Shown: piece after piece, positions 23,685 through 35,525 of the stretch | Numbering within the stretch: position 1 is the first letter of the stretch | Layout of the letters: every line of letters begins with the position of its first letter | Source of the DNA: Hormiphora californensis | Lineage: Eukaryota; Animalia; Ctenophora | Length of the DNA stretch: 64,000 bases | Reading direction: 5' to 3' | Assembly: GCA_020137815.1 (NCBI GenBank) | Contig: CM035350.1 | Coordinates: forward strand, 8,494,001-8,558,000 | Notes under the pieces: model-generated | Told to the model about the DNA's origin: nothing | What the model saw: the letters and a program-made list of their open reading frames with translations, nothing else | Databases searched by the model: none | Made by a program: the position numbers and the translations under genes

Positions 23685-24245
23685 GGGGGGGGGGGCCAAG
23701 GCCAAAAAAAGCCAGATCAATCCCGGATTTTAGGGCGGGTCTGGCTTTTTTTGGCTTTTTTTGGCCCTACTTTTTTGGTCATTTTGGCATGTAATTCTGA
23801 CATTATATGGTCTGTTTGACATTAAAAAAACTTTAAAATGGCTTCTTTGATCTAGTTTTACCATTTTATATCGTTAAGGAAAAAATTTTATACCGAAAAA
23901 AGTTTGATATAAAAAAAGCCAGATTAAAAAAAGCCAAAAAAAGCCAGATCAAAAAAAGCCAAAAAAAGCCAGATCAAAAAAAGCCAAAAAAAGCCAGATC
24001 AAAAAAAGCCAGATCAAAAAAAGCCAAAAAAAGCCAGATCAAAACTGCTAAATCAAAAAAAGCCAGATCAAAAAAAGCCAAAAAAAGCCAAAAAAAGCCA
24101 GATCAAAAAAGGCCAGATCAAAAAAAGCCAAAAAAAGCCAGATCAAAAAAAGCCAAAAAAAGCCAGATCAAAAAAAGCCAAAAAAAGCCAGATCAGACCC
24201 GGATTTCAGGGCGGGTTTGGCTTTTTTTGGCCTTGGCCCCCCCCC
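23685..24245. mobile_element. MITE with [30 protein letters not shown] and an internal AAAAAAGCC(AGATC) array
   Basis: Inverted termini with TATA-like flanks. Confidence 0.75.
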
Positions 24246-24595
24246 ATATATTGACACAGGGGCAGTTTCAAAGAGAAAGATGACTGCACATAATAAATTG
24301 CAGAGTTACCGTGAGAAAGGAAGTCCCGGTGAGCGAGAAATACAGGCAGTGGTGATAGCATGGTGAGAACAGCTACTACAACACAGAGAGAAGTGAGGAC
24401 TTTATATGCTGGAGATGTATGTGAGGTCATGAGATGATGAGAACAACAACAAAACACGTCTCATGGAACGGAAATAATTTAGAAATTGTAGAAACAGGAT
24501 AATTACGAAACGTCTCAAATAAAGTATATGATCTAGTTTAAAAAAGTGCACAATTGTGATAATGGAATTGGATAAAAACACTCAGCTGGTGTGAG

Positions 24596-27500
24596 TCAGG
24601 AGCTGTTCTTGGATCGGAATACAAAACGTTGCAGTTTTCTAGCACTTTCAGAGTGAAACACTGACTCTTTTTCTCGGGGTTTAGTGGTCTTAGCAAGGAG
24701 TTCTTCCTTGGTAACCTCAATTTGGTTACCATGGTTACCATTGTTGCCATGGTTACCATCATGGTGGTGGGGTGGTGGCTCAAGAGAGACCGGTGAGAGG
24801 GGAAAATGTGGTGGCTGGGGATCTGTGTTCTCCTTCCCAGAGCTAGATATTCCACAACTTTGGGTATTGACTACTGGAACAAATGTCCTATTTTCCCTTT
24901 GGGCATCAACAGCCGGAACAAATGTCCTATTTTCTCTTTGGGCATCAACAGCAGGAACAAATGTCTTATTTTGTGGAGGCTGGTTATCTGTGGGTGGCTC
25001 AGACTCGACCTTCTTTGCTGCTTCATCTTTAGTCGGTGATGTAAACTTATTGAACATCACAGTCACAGCAGTATTCTCTCTTTGATCAGCAGTATTCTCT
25101 CTTTGATCCCCTCCTAATATATCTGATAAATCCTCTGCCAACATGTCATCTATTGTTTCTGTCACAACCCGGGGTGCTCTGGGCTGGTTCCGCTTCTGGA
25201 GCTTGTGACGTCGGACCAGCTCTGCAAAACTAGGTGCTGGTGCAGCTGAGGAGGAGGCTTCTGATTTTATTGTTTCTGAGGGACCAGCTAGAGGAGGAGG
25301 GGGTGGTGGAGGAGGGGGTGGAGGAGGAGGGGGTCTCTTCTTCTTGGTAGCTGGCTTTTGGATTTTTATTGGCTCCTGAAAAGGACAATTATTAGAGCTT
25401 GTAAACTCACACGATCTTCTTAGAAGCTGGTTCCCGTTCAACACTGCCCCTGATAAACAACTTACAGCCAGGGGTTGTCGTATAACTCGGGGTGCAAATG
25501 GTCTAATGGGTGGTGGGCAGGTGCCAGCAGCAGTCCCCGCGGCCCCGTCATCTCCATAGGCTGGGGGCAGGTCCAGCAACTCCAGTACCATAGCACCTGC
25601 AGGTATATATCAATCAACAAACGGATAAATTTTAATCCAACTTTATTACAGCTGATTAGATAACAACTTAGTGAAAGGGGCGTGGCGTGCCAAGGATAAC
25701 AACTCACGTTGCTGTTGGAACTCTCTCTCAGGGTCTGTAGGGAAGACAGAGTGAAGGACAGAGACACTACCCAGAAGGGATGATGTCAACATGGTACTCT
25801 CCACTAGAGATATTGTAACTATAGCATCATCAACAGCAACCCTCTCTCGTAACATCAACTTGGCATGTGCCTGGGATATCCTGCAGAGTGATGACGTCAC
25901 ATTAACAAGATAAACAATGTGACGTCACAGATAAATACAGATAAGACGCTGCAGTGACAGAAGTGACGGTGCAACAGCTTTATATTTGCAAAACTTTTGC
26001 TGCAGAACAACAATTATGTTGCAAACATGCAGGAATATTCTTGTGTGGTATTTTATGAGGGTTCCGTAGATCAAAAATATTCTAGAAACAGAAAAACAAG
26101 ACACTTTCCCCAAAATGACAGCACAAATAATATTCTAATTTCTAACCTGACAAGACTCTCCAACATCACCATGGAAACACTAACCTGACAAGACTCTCCA
26201 ACATTCTGATAGTGGTACGTGATACATTCCGTGTTATCTGCTCTCTCTGCCTCCTGTAATACCGGCCAAGGACCTCCTTAGCTCCGGAAGACAGCTTGGG
26301 AGTTAGGGAGCGGACATGACTGACATACTGCCGCATCTCCTCAAACGACCACAGCAAATCAACTGCAAATACCCATTAGGGTGATACATATGGGTACATT
26401 ACATGATCAGGGTGATACATATTGCACTGTAATACTTACACCAAGTCATATCAGCTTTTGATTTTGAGTAATACTTACCCGGATAGTTTTGGAGTGCTTC
26501 GGAGGGGTGTGAGGCCACTTTAGGATCCCTCAGAAGAAAGTCCGCCACTAGACCATCCCAGGAGGCGGTGTGGTCATCAAACAATACCAGGATCAGGTCA
26601 AACCTATAGGGTTCAGCTGTCAGTAGAATTGGGGTCTTTTTAGAGAAGTGAGGTGAGACCCCCTAATAATATAACACTTGGTAACTGTAGGGTAACTGTG
26701 AGGTAGCCTTTGTAACCACTGGACCACAGTTACTGGTTAGTCACTAACAGGTTACTAACCTTTGTAACCAGTAACAGTGGTAACTGTGGTTAACCTTTGT
26801 AACCAGTAACTGTGGTAACTGTGGTTAACCTTTGTAACCAGTAACTGTGGTAACTGTAGGGTAACCTTGGTAACCAGTAACTGTGGTAACTGTAGGGTAA
26901 CATTGGTAACCAGTAACTATGGTAACTGTAGGGTAACCTTTGTAACCAGTAACTGTGGTAACTGTAGGGTAACCTTGGTAACCAGTAACTATGGTAACTG
27001 TTCTGATATATTACCGACTGAGAAGAGGGGTTCCAATCGGCACATTTACTGAGATAGGTTGTGTAATATCATAGGAACCACGTGGGTTAGTTGCAGCAAG
27101 TACTGTCGTCCGAGTATTCAACTTGCAAACCTGTTATAAAATGTAGGTAGGTGATAAATCCGAGTTTAAAATTTTAAAAAAATGAGAGATTTTTTGTTTT
27201 TTACTATCGCTTGTTTTTAACATCAATTGGATATTGAAAATTGCTGTTGAGTAAGCCATTTGTTTATCGCTAGATACGGCAATATTGTTGAGTGATATCA
27301 CGTGAGAAACCATGCGATGAGTAGTCAATGTCTATCATCGTGACGGGTCTGTGTGGCTGACAATGGAGTGATCACATCTCTATAATGGGCTTGCCAGCTG
27401 CCAGATGGTCTCAACATATGCTTACCAGGCCAGCCTTAGCGACGCTGATAGTTTGTTGTTCCATCGCCTCGTGTATAGAGATCCTAGTCAGATTCCCTTA

Positions 27501-30500
27501 TTGAGCTCAGTTCGTCCACGCAGCAGATACCTCCATCAGCTAAGTACCATTGCACCCGCCTCCAGACCCCACTCTCCGCCATCTAGGGAGGGATATGTTA
27601 ATCAATATTAATTAGCCTTCATGTCTAGGGGAAAATAAATCAATTAATTAGCTTTCATACAGTATCTAGTTCTTTGGTAATTAGTCTAGTTTTTTTAGTA
27701 GTACATATCTACTATCGAATATAGTTATTTAGTAACAACTAGTACTTTAGTAGTCTGTGGAAGGGGTTCCCTTACCTTTGACAGCAGCTACCGTCAGGCC
27801 AGCCTTGGTGCATCCTATGCCCGTTGTGATAACTGACCGGGAGGAGAGTTTACTGGAGTACTTTAGTATCTGTGATTTCCCAGTCCCAGGATCTCCCACC
27901 ATTAGGAGATGGGATTCACCCCGAACCTTAGAACCCCGTCCATCAACATGGGTCACCCCACCTGATGGAAACATGGGTCACCCCACCTGATGGAAACATG
28001 GGTCACCCCACCTGATGGAAACATGGGTCACCCCACCTGATGGAAACATGGGTCACCCCACCTGATGGAAACATGGGTCACCCCACCTGATGGAAACATG
28101 GGTCACCCCACCTGATGGAAACATGGGTCACCCCACCTGATGGAAACATGGGTCACCCCACCTGATGGAAACATGGGTCACCCCACCTGATGGAAACATG
28201 GGTCACCCCACCTGATGGAAACATGGGTCACCCCACCTGATGGAAACATGGGTCACCCCACCTGATGGAAACATGGGTCACCCCACCTGATGGAAACTTG
28301 GGTCACCCCACCTAATCAGCAAACATAACTGGTTCAAGATGTATGAACTGTATGTGTGGAAGTATGTGTGAACTCCAGCCAGATCTCAAAAGGTTTCTTA
28401 TTGGGCCTGATCCTTACCTAGGATGGCTAGTAAAGCTGCTAGTTTCACTATGTATAACTGATATACATCAGGACAGAATGAGGCGAGGATGAGGTTTCGT
28501 CCGGTGAAAGGTTGATCTCGGTAGCGATGCCAGTGAGAGTGGTGACGAGCTATAGCGGTGTCAGTCACCTCTAGAGAATAATCCTTCTCCTTACCCGACT
28601 ATGGAATATGCAGTGGGTTAAATTAGTACACAATAGCGTCACTACATAATACAATGGTTGTCTAATGTCCATCCTTATGAGAAATGATATAGAGAGAGAG
28701 GTTGATAGTTAGACCCCACCTTGATATAATTGGCCAGTAGAGCTGTTTCCAGGTTGCACCTCGTGTCAGGTAGGACAGTGTCCCATAGCTGGGTAACAAT
28801 ACTGTGCACAGTCACATCATCCCCTGCAGTACAACTATCTACTAGATCATGCTCCAGGATTACTGTCATACTTCGGGGTAATGTCCCCATGTCCAATTGT
28901 TCCACTTTTTCCTGCAAAATGCAAATAAAAACATCTTATTAATGTGGGGCTGGTCTGATTGTTAGATAGCTAGACTTCCTTCCCTCACACATTCTAGGGG
29001 TCCCTTAACAGGTCGAGCTTCTTCTCGCCGGCTAAACCACGTATTAAATTAAATCCCCCACACAGCACTACACCTGTATCCGTATCTCCTGATAGTCAGT
29101 GCATCGTGTAGGGTGCTCTCTCTGGATTTGTTTAAATTTAGACCCCTTGCAGTTAGTGGTTGAGCACCTAGAGGGAGGGCTCACTTTGTATCGCTCCTCC
29201 AAAACAGCTTCTTTTGCTATCACACCTGCAACAATATGATAATAGAATAGTGCTTTCTAAACCAAGTGATCTTCTAAAAACGCGACGACTTAATTAATCA
29301 GTTAATTAACTAAATATTTAGTGATGATATGATTAGGGTAATGTTAGTTGTTGTCCTTCTTCTAGTGTACGCGGTGGAACACATCACAGCAGAAGGTAAA
29401 CATAGCTCTGGCCTCTGTGTGTGACGTGTGTGTTACACATTATCATTTAGTAATGATTATCATTAATAATTACACATTGTCATGATTGTAAGCTACGTTT
29501 CATTTTCAGATTTACTTGGGAGTGAGCCATGTACAGAGGACATGGTTACCAATTATAAACCGAATGCAACATTAGCTTGTGACAAGAACACCTCTACAAT
29601 TTATACATTCAACAGTACACCATTTAGACAACCTGCCGATTACAAGATACAATATACAGCAAAGCTAACAATACGCCTGAAAAGACCAGCGTTCGTGTCG
29701 ACAGTCATTGTAAACAGTGGTTCGTTAACAAAAAGAAGGACCCAACACTTCAAGGTTAAGGAGATCAGGGTCCACGGAGAAGAAAAACCGAGTTGCAAGG
29801 TAATACTGGGTGGGTAAAACATGATTTGGCTTCAGAAACATCGGCCTGAATATAAATACGTGTATATAATTTGGCTTCTGAAACAGAACAAGTTTTAATT
29901 AACACCCATTTTTCAGCGAACACGTGGCTCTGGAACAACAACCACCTTTAAATGCAATGGCCCTTGTAAGAAGTCTAAAGCTATTGAGTTGACTCAAGCT
30001 AATCCCTTTCAAATAGCAGAAGTTACAGTTGACGGGAGGTTTGTTTGTTCGGGTGAGTGTATTATATCATCCATTATTAGGATTGTCCATTGTTAAAGTA
30101 CGTCTCAATTGTGATTATTACTCAAACATTCCTGGAAATCATTTGGGCTGATTTCTAGGAATAGAGTCTCTGTTTTTTGTAAGTGTTTATTCATACTTGT
30201 TATGTTCTAACCCTCCTTTACACGCACGGAAAGAGGGTCAAGCAAGGCAAATTCATACCAGCTGATCTCCATTTAAAGAACAAACCAAACTCAAGAGTCT
30301 TGAGTCAAGACACTCTCAAAGGCAAAACGTTACCTATACCGTCCCTTGTAAATTGTGCACGATGTCTTCGTTATTGATTTTAGTTTTGATTTGGGTTTAT
30401 GTACTCTGAATTCATCCCAATCTACGGCAGACGCCATGACGAGTTTGCAACACCGTTCTGCTGTGGGGCAGACTGAATGGTACCCAAGTAAAGTAAACAC

Positions 30501-30621
30501 ACGACACAAACACCAGACAATGATCTTCTCCCTCTCATCTTTTTCCGAATAAACTCTATATTTCCCCAAAAACCCAACCCCTCCTCTCGCTCCCAGCTCC
30601 TCTCTCTCTCTGAGGCAGAGA

Positions 30622-30659
<38 letters not shown>

Positions 30660-33600
30660 AGACGAGAGAGAGAGAGACAGGAAGAAAAGGTAGGGAAATG
30701 AGATAGAGCGGGAAAATGGCCTCATTAGAACGGCACGGAGAGAGAGAAAGGGAAAAAGGGCGAAGAGCCGGGCAGAGAAGGGCCGGGGGACCGAACGGGA
30801 GGAAGAGAGAGAGGAGAGCGGGGAGGCCCATTAGGGAAAACGACATACGGGGGAAAAAAATAAAAAGGAGAAACAAAAAAAGAGAATAAAAGGCAAGACT
30901 GGAAAAGGAAAGACACCCGAAGGAAAATCGAAAGGGACTCAAGGGGAGAATGGAAGAAGGAGAATTAACGGAAAAAGAAGGGCCCAAAAAGGGGTATAAA
31001 ATAAAGTTTTCGGCCTTAGTCATTGTTCCCGGGCGGGCCTTTTTAAAACAAAACCCACCAAAGGGCACCACATTTTGGAAAAGGGAAAAATCGAGCACAC
31101 GAGAAGGGGGGGGGGGGTGACAACATCAAAAATCGGACGTTTCAAGACCCTTTTTTTCCCTTTATTTCCCTAATCGAAAAACCCTAGCCTACAAACCCCG
31201 GTCTAAAGAAAAACCTTTTTTTGGTTTGGCCCCCCCTTCCCACCTTCCCTTTTCTCTCTCCCTCCTCTCCTTTTCTCTCCCCCCCACCTATCCTCCCCTC
31301 TCCCACTTCCCACCAAAACTTCAGCCCCCCAGGGGGGTCCCCCCTATCGGAGCAAACGCCCGCCCCCCCGGACCCGTTTTCCCTTTACCCTAAAACCTAC
31401 ACAAAATATATATCAAATTTTTATGGTTGGAGCAGCTTTCCCCCCCTTTGGTTACCATCACCATTATTCTAAATCAAAACTTCGTTTTTTTGGATCTTTT
31501 TGGTAAACTTGTTTCTGCCCCACATGTATTGCAAAAAACCCAGTACAAGTAATGTGTTTAATAAACCCCCTACTACGTACATTATTGCCGAGTTTGAACC
31601 TTAACCTAAAATCTACGTTTCTGTGGTCAATATTTTATGAAGGCTTTGATGAATTAATATCAATCTTACTGATAACTCAAAACCAGGGAGCCACAAAAGA
31701 GTGCTGCAGATTGGTGTATCCCAAGTTGATCTGTCTTGCGATTTGAACATAGCAAACGAGTCAGATATATCTTGGTCCTGGCGTGAAATAGGTAAGCGTT
31801 TTTCAACGAAAGGGTCTACTTATAGCTGTGAACCTCTGTAATTATATTACTCATATCATTCCACTTCCAGGTGCTAATGGTACTGACCTGCCTGTTGACA
31901 ATATAACAACTAAAGGTACTACTTCAACCATAACCACGACAACAGAAACGAACAAAGCGTTCATTTGTACTGCCTCTTTCTCTCTCGGAGGATCAATTAC
32001 TGTCAATACTACTGGTTTCGCAACTCTCGAAGTATCAAAAGGTAGTAACTACTTTACCATGTCAATTTGATTACTTTTTCTTTTTTATCTCAGGGGGCTT
32101 TTTCATTCCTCGGGGCTTCATTTGGTGACGGTGCACTTGCCAGTGCAGTGATGTACAATTTATGTGATTTAATTGATTATTTAACAACCATGTTCCAAAA
32201 CAAAACAACACTTTGAATTAGTCAGCTTCAAGTTCGCATCTATAAACTAATAATCACTAGGACTGTTCTCTGACAATGATATATTATTTAGTCTCACCCT
32301 CCTCTCTGCTACCTCCATGGGTGTCTGAGCTATGGGGCGGCCAAGGGTTTCCACAAGAAACATACAAATAACAGCAGCTAATGTACAGAGGGCTGATAAG
32401 ATTCCAAACGGGGCTATAAAACCGCCTGTTACCTCCACTAAACTGCCAAACAGTAGGGGACAAAAGAGACCAAACACCTTAGAGATGGAGGAGCACAAAC
32501 CCACAACAGTTCCAGTGTGTGTACAGGGAGGGAGCTCCACATTCCAAAGACAGATTCCTGCGTACGTTCCCGAGATGAAGAACTGTGCAAGAATGCTTGC
32601 TACGCTGGCAACCGTCCACTCAGTGTCGCCCAACTTGGTAGTGCTCGTCCCGGCTGCAAGGAACAGTGCAGCAAGAACAAACGACCCCGTCATGTATCGT
32701 TTCCTTCCTAATAATCTCATTGCAGGGGTGAAGATAATGTAAGCCGTTAATTGGGCGGACATAGCGAGCATGTACCCCAGTGAGGGATTGGGAACAAGTT
32801 TATCCCAGGCGTAGCTTATCCCGTAGTACGCAGTGTAGATGACTATCCAGAGTAAAATTTGTGCTACTGTCTCGAGAAATAAAACCCTGTGTATAACCAG
32901 GGTCCTCAATTGTTGCCCAATTCCCGGAACGGCATGCTCTCTATTCTCGGTACGATCAGCGTCAGCTAGTTCCTGGCTTTGTAATCCTTCCCAAGCAACT
33001 TTATTCAGACCTGCCAACTTCCTCAAACTCATCTCGGCATTTCGCATCCGTCCCCTGTTCATGTCTGCTCGTGGGGACTCTGGTACCCAAAGTAGGGGAA
33101 GGTAGAACAGAATGCAGTAGAATATTGTTACATAGTAAGATCGTCTCCATCTAGTTACAAGATAAGACGTCGCTACGAGGGGCCCGAACCCGAGGGCTAT
33201 AAAAGCGCTCACCAATGCAGCCGTCCACTCCCTAAACCTGTAGAGAAAGGCTAAATTGTTGGTACAGTAAATAAGTACGCGTTGTGAGTTATCCCTAAAC
33301 CATATATAAGTGGGAAGCTATTATTGAATTTAATTCTTGAGATGTTACCTCGATGGAAGCAAGTCAGTGGCTAGGATAAATGATCCCATTATCGCTGTGT
33401 AAACACCAACTCCCTGGACAAATCTCACCCCAAGCAACACCAGATAACTGTTACACACGGTCCCGCCAACCAAACGTGCAGCCACCAAAACCACCTCGGA
33501 ACTCAGGATAGTCTTCTTTGGTCCGATAAGGTCATAGGCAATTCCTCCTATTAGAATTCCGAATAGCCCACCAGCAATAGGCATGGATGCGGTTATGTCT

Positions 33601-35486
33601 CGCAGTAGAGGCGAGGAGCATGACATGTTGAAGTCAATAATGAAGGAAGTCCGAGAGCTCTTGGGAATCCAGGAAAAGTCAGTTCCTTCCACCCAATGAG
33701 GCCTATCACAGGGCGATCCATGTTTCTGTAACATAATGTCATCAAATTCCATCTCACGTCTTGATTTATTGACCAATGGTGATTCACCACTATACCGAAA
33801 TATGATATTAAGTTGTTTAATAAACAATCACTTACAGACTCATTGAAGCATTTTGTTGAAATGCACTGATAGTCCACTGGTCTTTCTCCTGATGAGGAGT
33901 TAGTAACATTTCGTACATAACCAGTCGTCAATCGATTACAAATCAGTTTACCTGTGTATGTAATAGAAAACAGGATACTCGACTCCAGAAGGCACACAAG
34001 GACGGGTGAAAAGGTCAGCAGGAGACAAAGTGTCGAGGATTTCAGCCAAACTTCCTCTAGGGCATGGGCAGCAATACTTGGCATAATTGTTATACCACTA
34101 GGCTAAAAAGTAATCTAAAGGCATGATACTAGGTTATATATGTACCAGGGTAAGCCCGCAACAGGATTGTATCATTATACTACACTAGAACCAAAAACCA
34201 AAGAAATTTGGTTTGGATTACCCGGGGCCCAATTTTTGCGGCAGGCCACGGGGATGCATGCACAGTCATACTCTCGCTTTCTCCTTAACTTCTGGGGGGC
34301 TGCTGATGCGTTTCGTTCTGGTTGGTCGGGTTTGGGGCTCGGTCTCGCGTTTTTTGGGTTTTTTGAAAAATTTTGGAAAAGGGAAAATAGAAGGCCCCGA
34401 AGGAGGGGGTAAACGAAAAACAACAGTCGAAAGAACAAAAGAGGAAAAAAAAAAAACAGGAAATCGACCCGGGAAGGAAAAACAAAAAGGGAGGGTGTGA
34501 AAAAGGTAGGGAGAAAAGGGGGGGAAAACCCCAAAAAGGGAGGGGGCACAAAAGGAAAGGATCCAAGGAAAAAGAAAAAAAAAGGAAGAAAAGGGAAAAA
34601 GAAGGGGAAGGAAAGGATGGTAAAAAAAGAACCAAAAAACCAAAGAATTTTTGTTTGGGGATCCCCCCCCTTTTTGGGGCGGCCCGGGGTTCCTTTTCCC
34701 CCCTTTCCCTTCCTTTGGGTTGGGAACGGGTTAGGAACATACAAAAGGATCAAGGGCGCCCGGGGAAAAAGGGGAGAAGGAAGGAGGAGAAAAAAGGCAA
34801 AGAAATAAAGGGAAAGAAGAAAAAAGGAAAACGAAAAAAGGGAAAAGAGGGAGGAGAGGGGCCCGAAAAAAGGAAGAGAGAGAGGAAGGAGGAGAGGGAG
34901 AAGAGGCGAGAAAGAAGGAAGAGAGCAGGAGGAGAGAAGAAAGAGAAAAGGGGAGAAGTGTAAAATCGAATAAGAGCGAGGAAAGAAAGGGAAGGAGAGG
35001 GGGAGGGGAGAAGCACAGCGAGAAATATGAACAGATGAGGAAGTAAGAAAGGAGCAGAAGAGAGAAAAGACTAGAACAGAGGAGGGCGGATAAGAGAAAA
35101 GAGTAGAGAACGCAGAGGGAGACAAGGCCAAAAGGTATTATCCTTTCTTCGCTATCGTCTCTATCTGCTCTCGTCTTCCTCTTTCTCTTCTCTTACTATT
35201 CTTCTCCTTCTCTTTTCTCTCTCTTCTCTTCCCTCTTCTTCTCTTTCTCGTTTCTTCTTCTTTTTCTTCTTACTTCTTTTCTTCTCTCTCTCTCTCTTTC
35301 GTCTGCTCTCTCCTTTTGTCTATTTTTCTCTGTCTCTGTCTCTGTCTCTCTGTCTCTGTCTCTCTTTCCCGTTCTGTCTCTGTCTGCTCGGTTTTGTTTG
35401 TCTGTCTTGTCTTCTGTCTCTCGTCTCGGCTCACTCCTTTTCTCTTCTCTCTTCTCCTGCTCTCTCTCTTCAAACTCTCTCTCTCT

Positions 35487-35525
<39 letters not shown>

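Noticed and set aside
34175-35131. Long Phe/Leu- or Lys/Arg-rich ORFs
   Set aside because: Low-complexity, probably low-quality sequence
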